A DNA stretch of 64,000 nt from Clostridia bacterium. Lineage in GTDB: Bacteria > Bacillota > Clostridia > Christensenellales > QALW01. The translations under genes were made by a program, and so were the position numbers. The DNA is taken from contig JAZNXV010000022.1 of the NCBI GenBank assembly GCA_045594045.1, positions 8,663 to 72,662 of the forward strand, read 5' to 3'. Of the stretch, positions 39,435 through 48,517 are shown one piece after another; the first letter of the stretch is position 1; every line of letters starts with the position of its first letter. Below the pieces are notes generated by a model, which searched no databases, was not told the DNA's origin, and was given only the letters and a program-made list of their open reading frames with translations.

Positions 39435-41426
39435 TTATGCTTCGGTAGCCTCTTCTGCTGCTTCAACAGCATCTTCAGCTACCTCTTCAGTTGCTTCTTC
39501 AGCTTCTTCAGCCTCTTCTTCGGGAAGAAGAGCCTTAATTGAAAGGCTGATGCGCTTTTCTTCAACGTTTACGTCAAGAACCAAAGCTTCGATTTCATCG
39601 CCAACCTTAACGGCTTCTTCAACCTTAGCGATGAACTTGTTGGAAACCTCGGAAATATGTACAAGACCGTCAATACCGGGCTCAAGTGCAACGAATGCGC
39701 CGAAGGTTGTAATTCTAACTACCTTACCCTTTACAACAGTGTCAACAGCATATCTGTCAGCCGCAGTATCCCAGGGTTTTGGCTGAAGCTGCTTGTAGCC
39801 TAACGAAATACGGTTGTTTTCTCTGTCAAGTGAAAGAATAACAACTTCAATTTCCTGATTGATTTGAAGCACGTCTTCAGGCTTATTGATACGGTACCAA
39901 GCAATGTCACCGATGTGCACAAGACCGTCAACACCGCCAAGGTCAACGAATGCGCCAAAGTTAGTAAGTCTGCGAACAACACCCTTTACGGTAGCGCCTT
40001 CCTCAAGCTTTGCCCAGGCGGCATCCAAAGCTTCAGCGCGCTCCTCAGCAATAATTGCGCCGTGGGTAGCAACAACCTTGCGATGCTTTGCATCAATATC
40101 AATAGCACGTACGCGTAATGTTTGACCAACATAACGGTCAACGTCCTTTGCAAAACCGTTTGCTCTTATCTGTGAACGGGGAATAAATACTCTAACGCCG
40201 TCATAATCGGCAATAAGACCGCCTTTTACCGCTTCCTGAACTGTAACTTCAAAAATTTCACCGTTTGAAATTGCAGCGATTGTTTTATCAGCCTCAAGGC
40301 GAGAAAGGATTTTCTTTCTTGAAAGAACAACGTTTCCGTTACCGTCGTTAATTTTTACAACTTCAACTTCAATCTCGTCGCCCTCTTTAAAAATGCTCTT
40401 GGGTTCTTCATTTCCGGAGGCTGTCAATTCCTCTTTAGTGATTATACCATCAGCTTTATAGCCGATATCTACGCTAACCTCATCATTTTTAACGTAGATT
40501 ACCTTACCCGTAAGTACCTGTCCGGGACGGATTTTTACGAAAGTCTTGTTCATTTCCTCTTCAAAACTAAGATTTTCTGCAAAAATTTCATTTTCGCTCA
40601 TTTTCTCCACAACCTCCTTTATTAACCAATCCGGGGTGGAAGCACCGGCGGTTACACCTATGATATCGTTTTTATGTATTTTAATAGCTGAAACATCATC
40701 AGTGTTTTCAACTGCATAGGTCCTAAAACATTTTTCCTGGCAGATTTTTACCAACTTTGCGGTGTTTGAACTTTGCCTGCCGCCTATAACCAGCATAACA
40801 TCAGCCTTTTGAGCAATTTCCATAGCTTCGCTTTGGCGCTGTGCCGTGGCATCGCAAATGGTATCAAACACATTTATTTTGTTGTTTTTATATTTTTCGT
40901 TTAAAACGGCTATAACGCCATCAAACAAATCGCGTCTTGTAGTGGTCTGTGCCACAACGCACAGTTCTTTATCGGTTTCAGGTAGCTGTTCCGCCTCTAA
41001 ACAACTATTTACAACTATTCCCGAATTTTCACAGTGACCATTTATGCCGATAACCTCGGGATGACTCTCCTCGCCTATTATAACAATAAATTGATTATTT
41101 AGCAAAGCTATTTGAACAATTTTTTGAATTCTTCTTACAAAAGGGCAGGTTGCATCAATAATTTCAAGGCCTTTTTCCTTAAAAGCATCAATTTCTGCCT
41201 TAGGCGCGCCGTGCGAACGAATGATTATTGCACCCTTTTCAACCTCGGAAACACTTTTTACGGGATAAACTCCGCTTTCCTTAAACCTGCTTACAACCTG
41301 GGGATTATGTATAATTTCGCCCAAAGTGTAGAGGTTAGAAAATTTAGGCATATTTTCTTCAACAGTATCGACTGCTTTTTTTACGCCAAAACAAAACCCG
41401 GCGCTTTTTGCAATTATAAATTTCAT
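39435..41426 (-). CDS. ispH: Bifunctional 4-hydroxy-3-methylbut-2-enyl diphosphate reductase (IspH/LytB) fused to ribosomal protein S1-like repeats
   Basis: 663 aa. The N-terminal ~280 aa is IspH (GFCFGVKKAV, CPFV). The C-terminal half has four S1 OB-fold repeats (GxVxxxxxFGAFVDL-type) and an acidic E/A tail. Confidence 0.9.
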   Translation of the reverse strand: MKFIIAKSAGFCFGVKKAVDTVEENMPKFSNLYTLGEIIHNPQVVSRFKESGVYPVKSVSEVEKGAIIIRSHGAPKAEIDAFKEKGLEIIDATCPFVRRIQKIVQIALLNNQFIVIIGEESHPEVIGINGHCENSGIVVNSCLEAEQLPETDKELCVVAQTTTRRDLFDGVIAVLNEKYKNNKINVFDTICDATAQRQSEAMEIAQKADVMLVIGGRQSSNTAKLVKICQEKCFRTYAVENTDDVSAIKIHKNDIIGVTAGASTPDWLIKEVVEKMSENEIFAENLSFEEEMNKTFVKIRPGQVLTGKVIYVKNDEVSVDIGYKADGIITKEELTASGNEEPKSIFKEGDEIEVEVVKINDGNGNVVLSRKKILSRLEADKTIAAISNGEIFEVTVQEAVKGGLIADYDGVRVFIPRSQIRANGFAKDVDRYVGQTLRVRAIDIDAKHRKVVATHGAIIAEERAEALDAAWAKLEEGATVKGVVRRLTNFGAFVDLGGVDGLVHIGDIAWYRINKPEDVLQINQEIEVVILSLDRENNRISLGYKQLQPKPWDTAADRYAVDTVVKGKVVRITTFGAFVALEPGIDGLVHISEVSNKFIAKVEEAVKVGDEIEALVLDVNVEEKRISLSIKALLPEEEAEEAEEATEEVAEDAVEAAEEATEA

Positions 41427-42013
41427 TTTTTCACCTGTAAAAGCTCGTTCATTTTTTGTGTAGCCCGTTCAACAAACTCGCTTTGAACAGCAGAATTCAA
41501 CTTTTTTTCTTTCAAATCCGAAAAATCTATCTCTTTGCCTATTATAAGCTTGTTTTTTCTGAACAAGCCCGGCTTTTTACAAAACATAAGTGGCACAACT
41601 CTGCTTTTACTCTTTAAAGCAATCATACCGATGCCTGCATGCATATCGTTTAATGAAACAACAGCTTCCTTTTTGCGCGTGCCCTGAGGAAAAATACACA
41701 AATTTTTGCCTTCATCAAGGACTTGACACGCAAATTTTATACTTTTCAAATCAAGTTTTTTTCTGTCTATAGAAAAAACCTTTACGCGACTCAACACAGC
41801 TTTAAAAAGCGCGTTTTGAAAAAGCTCTTTTTTAGCCATAAAATACGTGTTTTCCGGCAAAACGAAAAAGTTGATAAACGCATCTGACATACTCTGATGG
41901 TTGCAAATATACAAAACGTTTCCGCTTATTAAATTCTCTTTCCCCACTATCTCGGTTTTTGAAAACACAAAAAACACAAATTTTAATATAACACGGGCAA
42001 ACTTATACAGCAA
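41423..42013 (-). CDS. plsC: 1-acyl-sn-glycerol-3-phosphate acyltransferase
   Basis: 196 aa with the HX4D motif NHQSMSD and the FPQGTR motif. Confidence 0.85.
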   Translation of the reverse strand: MLYKFARVILKFVFFVFSKTEIVGKENLISGNVLYICNHQSMSDAFINFFVLPENTYFMAKKELFQNALFKAVLSRVKVFSIDRKKLDLKSIKFACQVLDEGKNLCIFPQGTRKKEAVVSLNDMHAGIGMIALKSKSRVVPLMFCKKPGLFRKNKLIIGKEIDFSDLKEKKLNSAVQSEFVERATQKMNELLQVKK

Positions 42014-42014
42014 C

Positions 42015-42674
42015 TCACTTACCTTCTTTAATTACGTTGATAATATATTCTTCCACTTCATTAGCGGTCATATTGGTGCTATCTATCAAAAGAGCGTCTT
42101 CCGCCTGCCTTAAAGGCGAAAATTCTCGGTGGGAATCATTATAATCTCTCTGCTCGATTTCTGCCTGAATCTTCTTAACGTCAACTATCTCGCCTTTTTC
42201 GGCTAATTCTTTTGCTCTGCGAACAGCGCGTTCATAAGAATCTGCTGTTAAATAAAACTTAAAATCTGCATCGGGAAGCACACACGTGCCAATATCTCTG
42301 CCGTCTAAAATACAATCGTTTTTTCTTGCAACCTCTTGCTGCATTCTAACTAAAAATTCGCGTACCGGCTGAAGCGCAGAAAAGTCCGAAGCTGCGGCAG
42401 AAACTCTGTTTTCTCTGATTTTTAAAGAAACGTCTTCCCCTTCAAGATAGATTTTTTGAACGCCATTTTCATAGCGCACATCAAAATCAATTTTTTCAAG
42501 GGCTTCTTTTACCTTATCCTGCTCGCACACCAATATGCCGTTATTAAGCATATAAAGTGCCACCCCGCGATACATAGCGCCGGTATCAAGATACATAATG
42601 TTAAGTTGTTTTGCTATAGCCTTTGCTACTGTGCTTTTACCTGCACCGGCAGGTCCGTCAAGTGCAATTTTCAT
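42015..42674 (-). CDS. cmk: Cytidylate kinase
   Basis: 219 aa with the P-loop GPAGAGKST. The cmk-S1 synteny is typical of Firmicutes. Confidence 0.95.
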   Translation of the reverse strand: MKIALDGPAGAGKSTVAKAIAKQLNIMYLDTGAMYRGVALYMLNNGILVCEQDKVKEALEKIDFDVRYENGVQKIYLEGEDVSLKIRENRVSAAASDFSALQPVREFLVRMQQEVARKNDCILDGRDIGTCVLPDADFKFYLTADSYERAVRRAKELAEKGEIVDVKKIQAEIEQRDYNDSHREFSPLRQAEDALLIDSTNMTANEVEEYIINVIKEGK

Positions 42675-42684
42675 AAAGCTTCTC

Positions 42685-43917
42685 CTAACAATTATTACCT
42701 GCTAAATATCCCGTAGATACAGCAAGCTGAATATTAAATCCGCCCGTAAAGGCATCTATATCAATCATTTCCCCCGCAAAGAACAACCCGCTGATTAACT
42801 TACTTTCCATAGTAGATGGGTCAATTTCCTTTACGTTTACTCCGCCGCGGGTAACAATCGCCTCGTTTAAAGGACGCATACCGTCAATTTCAATAGGAAG
42901 CGATTTTAAGGTTTGTACAAGCTTTTGGCGTTTTTCTTGGGTGAAATGACTTATCGTTTCGTTTTCATCAAGCTCTGCCTTAAAGAGCACCGCAGTAATA
43001 AGCCTTGAAGGCAACAGCTTTGCGCAGGCATTTTTAAGTGCTTTGTTTCCGCACTCATTAAAATCCCGCAAAATGCGTGCATCTAATTGTTCCTTTGTTA
43101 AGCCGGGCTTTAAATCAACGCTTACGGTTAATTTTGAATAGTCGGGATTATTAAGCTTACTGCTTAAAGTGAGCACCAACGGGCCCGAAATGCCAAAGTG
43201 GGTAAAAAGCATTTCGCCCAGCTCGTTAAAAATCTTTTTCCCGTTATATTCGGCTTTTAACGTAACGTTTTTAAGGGAAAGCCCCTGCAACGAGCGCACC
43301 CACGCTTCACTTGAAGCAAGGGGAATAAGCGCAGGAGTCAACGGCTCAACTTTATGCCCTAACTGCTGAATTTTCTTCTGCCACACCCCATCGGAGCCTG
43401 TGGAAACGTACGAACCGCCACCAAGAGCAAGAATTAAACCGTCACAAGAATATGTTTTTCCGTTATATTTTATGCCTGTAACTTTGTTATCGCTAACAAA
43501 GATATCTTCAAGCTCCGTTTTTAAAAGAACCTTGACACCTAAGTCTTTTATATATCTTTCAAGAGCTTTAATAACGTCACTTGATTTATCGCTTACGGGG
43601 AAAACTCTGTTTCCGCGCTCAACCTTTAATGGTGTACCGTTATTTTCTATAAGCTCCATAAAAGTTTCGGGAGTAAAAGAATATACTGCCGAATAGCAGA
43701 AGCTTGAATTATGCGCAATATTTTCAAAAAAATCTTCAATATCGCAGGCGTTTGTTAAATTACATCTACCCTTGCCCGTAATAAAAAGCTTTTTGCCGAG
43801 CTTTTCATTTTTTTCAAGCAAGACCACGTCATAGCCTTTTTGCGCCGCCTGCCCTGCAGCAATCATTCCTGCGGGTCCACCGCCGCAAACGTAAATTTTT
43901 TTATTTTTTTGCTGCAT
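42685..43917 (-). CDS. NAD(P)/FAD-dependent oxidoreductase, HI0933/BaiN-like flavoprotein
   Basis: The dinucleotide fold is VCGGGPAGMIAA. Length and C-terminal motifs fit the HI0933 family. I prefer the start at MQQKNKKIYV (ORF-track start 43953). Confidence 0.75.
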   Translation of the reverse strand: MQQKNKKIYVCGGGPAGMIAAGQAAQKGYDVVLLEKNEKLGKKLFITGKGRCNLTNACDIEDFFENIAHNSSFCYSAVYSFTPETFMELIENNGTPLKVERGNRVFPVSDKSSDVIKALERYIKDLGVKVLLKTELEDIFVSDNKVTGIKYNGKTYSCDGLILALGGGSYVSTGSDGVWQKKIQQLGHKVEPLTPALIPLASSEAWVRSLQGLSLKNVTLKAEYNGKKIFNELGEMLFTHFGISGPLVLTLSSKLNNPDYSKLTVSVDLKPGLTKEQLDARILRDFNECGNKALKNACAKLLPSRLITAVLFKAELDENETISHFTQEKRQKLVQTLKSLPIEIDGMRPLNEAIVTRGGVNVKEIDPSTMESKLISGLFFAGEMIDIDAFTGGFNIQLAVSTGYLAGNNC

Positions 43918-44752
43918 AAAAGTTATTTTTATTCCAGATACCTTCCATTTCACTTAACGTATCTGAAAAATCTTCTTTCTTTTCCTGGCTGATTACCGCA
44001 AGAAGCGCGTTTACTACGCTAAGTGGCGCTACAAGGGAATCAACAAAGGAAACAGTATTGCATTGAACTGCCATTTTTATATCCGAAAGCTCGCTTAAAG
44101 GAGAATAATCGCTATCGGTTAGACCAATGCACATTGCTCCATGCGACTTAGCAAAGGCCATCGCATCAACAGTTCGCTTTGAGTACCTTGGAAAGCTTAT
44201 ACCGATAAAAACATCGTCCTTACTGATATGAATAAGCTGTTCCATATTATCGCCTGAAGAGGCTACGATGCGCACGTCGTCTAAAATCAAATCAAGATAA
44301 TAGCCTAACATATGCGCAATAATTTGTGCAGAGCGCACACCCATTACGTACACGCGCTTTGCACCGATTATGGTTTTTACCGTTTTTTCAAAAGCATCGG
44401 TATCAATTTCATTAAGAGTGTTTTTAATATTGTCCGCATCGGTTTTTAAAACCTTTTCAAGAAGCTCCTTTTTAGAAAGCGTCCCCGCGAGCTCCATTCT
44501 TTGAGTTCCCGTAAGTTTGGTGCGAAGAGTTTCCTGAAGTTCCTTTTGCATTTCGGGATAGCCCGAATAGCCTAAGGCATTGGCAAAGCGAACCACCGTA
44601 GATTCGCTTACGCCTACCTCACTACCCAATTTTTCCGCAGTTGCAAAGGCGGCTTTATCGTAATTTTCCGCAATATATTTTGCTATTAACTTTTGCCCCT
44701 TGCTCAGCTTGTCAAAGGCAAGGTCCTGCTTTGCAAAAAAATCGGTGTTCAT
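43901..44752 (-). CDS. MurR/RpiR-family transcriptional regulator
   Basis: 283 aa with an N-terminal HTH_6 (VGVSESTVVRFANALGYSGY) and a C-terminal SIS domain. Confidence 0.85.
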   Translation of the reverse strand: MNTDFFAKQDLAFDKLSKGQKLIAKYIAENYDKAAFATAEKLGSEVGVSESTVVRFANALGYSGYPEMQKELQETLRTKLTGTQRMELAGTLSKKELLEKVLKTDADNIKNTLNEIDTDAFEKTVKTIIGAKRVYVMGVRSAQIIAHMLGYYLDLILDDVRIVASSGDNMEQLIHISKDDVFIGISFPRYSKRTVDAMAFAKSHGAMCIGLTDSDYSPLSELSDIKMAVQCNTVSFVDSLVAPLSVVNALLAVISQEKKEDFSDTLSEMEGIWNKNNFYAAKK

Positions 44753-44776
44753 TAAACAAATTCCTTTAATTTATTC

Positions 44777-46165
44777 TTAAAGTATTTCAGAAACGCTTAC
44801 GTTAATATCAAGGTCGCCTGCAGCTGCCTCTTTTCTCTTTTTAAAGAAATTCATAGCAACCTGGGGAAAAAGTGCATAGGAAAGCACGTCTTCCTCTTGA
44901 ATCATATAATCCTTGATTTCTTCCTTTAAGGTATCAAGTTCAGGTTTAAGTGCATCTGCAGGTCTGCCTGAAATAACGGGAGTATCACCAATGCATTTTT
45001 TGCGCACCTCTTCATTAACAGGTGCAGGAAGCTGACCGTATTCGCCTGCAAGTAAGCCCTTGGACTCTTTAGTAACCATCTTGTATCTTTCACCGCAAAG
45101 CACGTTCAAAACAGCTTGCGTACCTACGATTTGGCTTGTAGGTGTAACAAGTGGCGGATATCCGAAATCTTTACGAACTTCGGGCACCTCGTTCAAGCAC
45201 TCCTGAAGCTTATCCTCCTTGCCCGCTTCCTTAAGCTGTGAAAGAAGGTTGGAGAACATACCTCCGGGTACCTGATAAAGCAACGTGTTAATATTAACTG
45301 CCAAAACCTTGGGATCAAGAATTTTGTCATTTTTCAGTCTGTTAGCAACAGTCTTAAAATGCTCGCTTGCTTTGACAAGCTTGTCAAGTTCAAGACCCGT
45401 ATCATATTCTGTGCCTGCAAGTGTTGCAACCAAAGATTCGGTTGTAGGCTGACTTGTGCCGTTAGCAAGAGGTGAAAGTGCTGTATCTACAATATCCGCA
45501 CCTGCTTCGATAGCCTTTAAAATGGTCATATCACCGATACCGCTTGTATTGTGTGTATGCAAGTGAATAGGGCATTTAACAGCCTTTTTAAGCTTTGAAA
45601 CAAGCTCGTATGCGTCATAGGGCAACAAAAGGTTCGCCATATCTTTAATACAAATATTGTCCGCACCCATTTGCTCCATTTGCTTTGCAAGGTCAACAAA
45701 GTAATCGGTATTATGCACGGGGCTTGTGGTATAGCTCATGGCAAGCTCCAAAATACCGCCGTACTTTTTAACGCTCTTTGCCGCCTGCTCCATATTGCGC
45801 AGGTCGTTAAGCGCATCGAAAATACGGATAATATCAATACCGTTTTCAATGCTCTTTTGAACGAACTTATCAACTACATCATCAGCATAATGACGGTAGC
45901 CTAAAATATTCTGTCCACGAAGAAGCATCTGTAATTTTGTGTTAGGAAGAGCCTTGCGAAGTGCTCTGAGCCTATCCCAAGGGTCTTCGTTTAAAAAGCG
46001 CAAGCAGGAATCAAAGGTTGCACCGCCCCACGCTTCTAAAGAATAATATCCAACGCTGTCAAGAGCTTCGCAAGCAGGGAGCATTTCTTCAATGCGCATT
46101 CTTGTAGCCGCTTGTGACTGATGAGCATCACGCAAGATAGTATCTGTAATTAAAACCTTTCCCAT
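44777..46165 (-). CDS. oadA: Oxaloacetate decarboxylase alpha-type carboxyltransferase (5S/PYC_OADA), without a biotinyl domain
   Basis: About 462 aa from MGKVLITDTILRDAHQS with a GGAGGT SD. It has an HMGL-like TIM barrel plus a PYC_OADA region and ends without an AMKM motif. Confidence 0.85.
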   Translation of the reverse strand: MGKVLITDTILRDAHQSQAATRMRIEEMLPACEALDSVGYYSLEAWGGATFDSCLRFLNEDPWDRLRALRKALPNTKLQMLLRGQNILGYRHYADDVVDKFVQKSIENGIDIIRIFDALNDLRNMEQAAKSVKKYGGILELAMSYTTSPVHNTDYFVDLAKQMEQMGADNICIKDMANLLLPYDAYELVSKLKKAVKCPIHLHTHNTSGIGDMTILKAIEAGADIVDTALSPLANGTSQPTTESLVATLAGTEYDTGLELDKLVKASEHFKTVANRLKNDKILDPKVLAVNINTLLYQVPGGMFSNLLSQLKEAGKEDKLQECLNEVPEVRKDFGYPPLVTPTSQIVGTQAVLNVLCGERYKMVTKESKGLLAGEYGQLPAPVNEEVRKKCIGDTPVISGRPADALKPELDTLKEEIKDYMIQEEDVLSYALFPQVAMNFFKKRKEAAAGDLDINVSVSEIL

Positions 46166-46176
46166 AAAAACCTCCA

Positions 46177-47427
46177 TTAACCGTAAATTGCAAGAAGTAC
46201 GCCTGCCGCAACAGCAGAACCTATAACACCTGCAACGTTGGGACCCATAGCGTGCATTAAAAGGAAATTCTTGGGGTTAGCCTTTTGACCTTCCTTCTGA
46301 GCAACGCGAGCCGCCATAGGAACTGCAGAAACACCCGCAGAACCGATAAGAGGATTAATTTTGCCGCCTGTAAGCACGCACATAAGCTTGCCTAAAAGCA
46401 CACCGCCTGCCGTACCTAAACAGAAAGCAAATAAGCCCATAAGAATAATCAAAACTGTCTGTGAGTTCAGGAAACTTTCGCCTGTTGCAGTGGCGCCAAC
46501 CGTTATACCCAAGAAAATGGTAACGATGTTGATAAGCTCGTTTTGAACGGTTTTGCTTAAACGCTCGGTAACGCCGCAAACTCTTAAAAGGTTACCGAAC
46601 ATAAGGCTGCCGATTAAGGGAGCAGTTGAGGGCAAAAGCAAAATGATAATAGCCGCAGTCGCAATGGGGAAAATAACAAGCTCACGCTGTGAAACAGGGC
46701 GAAGCTGTTCCATTACGATTTCACGTTCTTTTTTAGTAGTAAGAGCACGCATAATAGGCGGCTGAATAATAGGCACAAGAGCCATATAAGAATATGCCGC
46801 AACTGCAATAGCCGCTAAAAGATGAGGAGCTAATTTAGATGTAACTAAAATAGCCGTAGGACCGTCAGCACCGCCGATAATGCCGATACTTGCAGCTTCC
46901 GGACCGGTAAACCCAAACACACCCGACAAAATAAAGGTAACGAAGATGCCAAGCTGAGCCGCCGCGCCTAACAGAAGGCTCTTGGGGTTAGCAATTAAAG
47001 GACTGAAATCAGTCATAGCGCCAATGCCCATAAAGATAAGGCAAGGATAAATACCAAGCTTAACACCTAAGTACAAGTAGTCAAACAGGCCTGCTTTTAT
47101 AAGTTCACCTTCAGCGTTAGTCCAACCAACACCGTTAAAGCACTCCCAGTTAATGTGACCTTCTGCAAAACACTCGCTGTTAAAAATTTCAAAACCGCCA
47201 ACGTTTGAAAGCAACATACCAGTTGCAATGGGTACAAGCAACAGCGGTTCAAAGCCTCTGCCGATAGCAAAGTACAAAAGCACGCAGGCAATCAAAATCA
47301 TTACGAGTGTTTGCCAGCCCGAACCTAAAAAGTTGGTAAAAATGTTATAAATGCCGCTTTCCATCCACAAGGTGTTGAGCGTATCAACAAAGTCGATGGA
47401 ATTAGCCGAAAGAGTAACAAAATTCAT
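46177..47427 (-). CDS. oadB: Sodium ion-translocating decarboxylase beta subunit
   Basis: 416 aa polytopic membrane protein with OadB/GcdB-family features (GADGPTAI, PMAARV). Confidence 0.9.
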   Translation of the reverse strand: MNFVTLSANSIDFVDTLNTLWMESGIYNIFTNFLGSGWQTLVMILIACVLLYFAIGRGFEPLLLVPIATGMLLSNVGGFEIFNSECFAEGHINWECFNGVGWTNAEGELIKAGLFDYLYLGVKLGIYPCLIFMGIGAMTDFSPLIANPKSLLLGAAAQLGIFVTFILSGVFGFTGPEAASIGIIGGADGPTAILVTSKLAPHLLAAIAVAAYSYMALVPIIQPPIMRALTTKKEREIVMEQLRPVSQRELVIFPIATAAIIILLLPSTAPLIGSLMFGNLLRVCGVTERLSKTVQNELINIVTIFLGITVGATATGESFLNSQTVLIILMGLFAFCLGTAGGVLLGKLMCVLTGGKINPLIGSAGVSAVPMAARVAQKEGQKANPKNFLLMHAMGPNVAGVIGSAVAAGVLLAIYG

Positions 47428-47442
47428 TCTTTTTGCCTCCGA

Positions 47443-47823
47443 TTATTCCATTGAAGCAAGAATATCGCCTGTATTTACCGTTGAGCCCTTTGTTGCAACG
47501 CTTGTAATAACGCCATCCTGAGAAGCAACGATTTCGTTCTCCATCTTCATAGCCTCTAAAATGCAAATAACGTCGCCTGCCTTTACGCTTGCGCCAACGC
47601 TTACCTTTACATCTAAAACAGTGCCCGGCATAGGTGCGGTAATGTTTACCTTGCCACCGCTAACGGGAGCCGCTGCAGGTGCGGGTGCTGCTGTGGGTGC
47701 AGGTGCTGCGGGCGCGGGTGCTGCCGCAGGTGCTTCTGCAATAGGTGCTGCTGCACCTGTTTCTTCAATTTCTACTACATAAATTTTTCCGTTTACGTTA
47801 ACATTAAATTTGCGCATTTTCAT
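47443..47823 (-). CDS. Biotin carboxyl carrier protein (free-standing biotinyl domain with Ala/Pro linker)
   Basis: 126 aa with the biotinylation motif EAMKMEN and the linker APAAAPAPAAPAPTAAPAPAAAP. Confidence 0.9.
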   Translation of the reverse strand: MKMRKFNVNVNGKIYVVEIEETGAAAPIAEAPAAAPAPAAPAPTAAPAPAAAPVSGGKVNITAPMPGTVLDVKVSVGASVKAGDVICILEAMKMENEIVASQDGVITSVATKGSTVNTGDILASME

Positions 47824-47843
47824 TTCTCCTTAAATAACTTTAA

Positions 47844-48212
47844 TTAACCTTTTTTGATTGATTTGATTTTAAACGTTCCGTTAGGCTTTCCTGTTACAAC
47901 GGAAATTGCCGCAGAAATTGCCGCGATAAACTCGCTGTCGCCTGCCGCGTCCTGTGCTTCGGGCACCTCTGCCATAATGCCTGCAGAAATCCTTTGTTCT
48001 GCTTCAGTACTCTTTGCAGGTGCGACTGCATCAGCTTCTTCAGTTTGCTTTCTGTCCTTTAACACAAAATGCAATACTTCAACTACTGCAACAAGTAAGG
48101 CAAGCACCGCAAAAACTACCACAAGGCCCGTTACCATTACCATCAAGGAATCGTTTACCGTAAGTATTTCCTTTTCACCGGGTATAGTTAACAGTTGTAA
48201 ATTTAAATTCAT
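47844..48212 (-). CDS. oadG: Sodium pump decarboxylase gamma subunit (OadG family)
   Basis: 122 aa with a single N-terminal TM helix (MVMVTGLVVVFAVLALLVAVV). It is the first gene of the decarboxylase operon. Confidence 0.7.
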   Translation of the reverse strand: MNLNLQLLTIPGEKEILTVNDSLMVMVTGLVVVFAVLALLVAVVEVLHFVLKDRKQTEEADAVAPAKSTEAEQRISAGIMAEVPEAQDAAGDSEFIAAISAAISVVTGKPNGTFKIKSIKKG

Positions 48213-48243
48213 ACTTTCACCTCACACATCAACTGTAAAATTA

Positions 48244-48296
48244 AAAACAAAAAACACAGTAACGCCATTACTTAACGCAATAACGCCGCTGTGTAT
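48244..48296 (-). terminator. Strong leader terminator upstream of oadG
   Basis: An ~16-bp hairpin, ACACAGCGGCGUUAUUG-CGUUAAG-UAAUGGCGUUACUGUGU, with one mismatch and some G-U pairs. It is followed by UUUUUUGUUUUU and lies ~30 nt before the oadG SD. Confidence 0.65.
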
Positions 48297-48455
48297 TTTT
48301 TAAATAATAAATCAAGGCATTTGCAAAAGCATCTACCTTTTGTCTTTTCCTGATGCAATACTAAAATTTTGTTGTTATGTGCGACCATTTCTAGCCTCTC
48401 CACAATATTTTTTACTTGCACTAAATACATTTAATTCCAAATTACTGCACTTTAT

Positions 48456-48485
48456 AATAACACGAAAGCACCTAATTTGGCAAAC
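48456..48485 (-). promoter_or_regulatory. Candidate promoter of the decarboxylase operon
   Basis: TTGCCA, an 18-nt spacer, then TATTAT with an upstream extended -10 TG. Confidence 0.45.
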
Positions 48486-48517
48486 GTTTTTTATATGTTT
48501 TTAATATATTTATATAA

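Noticed and set aside
39435-39545. Short-period repeat of GAAGC/CTTC units at the 3' end of ispH::S1. A similar P/T/K-coding repeat occurs at 58390-58470.
   Set aside because: Both are in-frame low-complexity protein tails or linkers (EEAEEAEEATEE; PTPKPTPKPTAKPTAKP), not DNA-level elements.
47640-47770. GC-rich short-period repeat (GCTGC/GGTGC units).
   Set aside because: It is the coding sequence for the Ala/Pro linker of the biotin carrier protein (APAAAPAPAAPAP...). It is not an independent repeat element.
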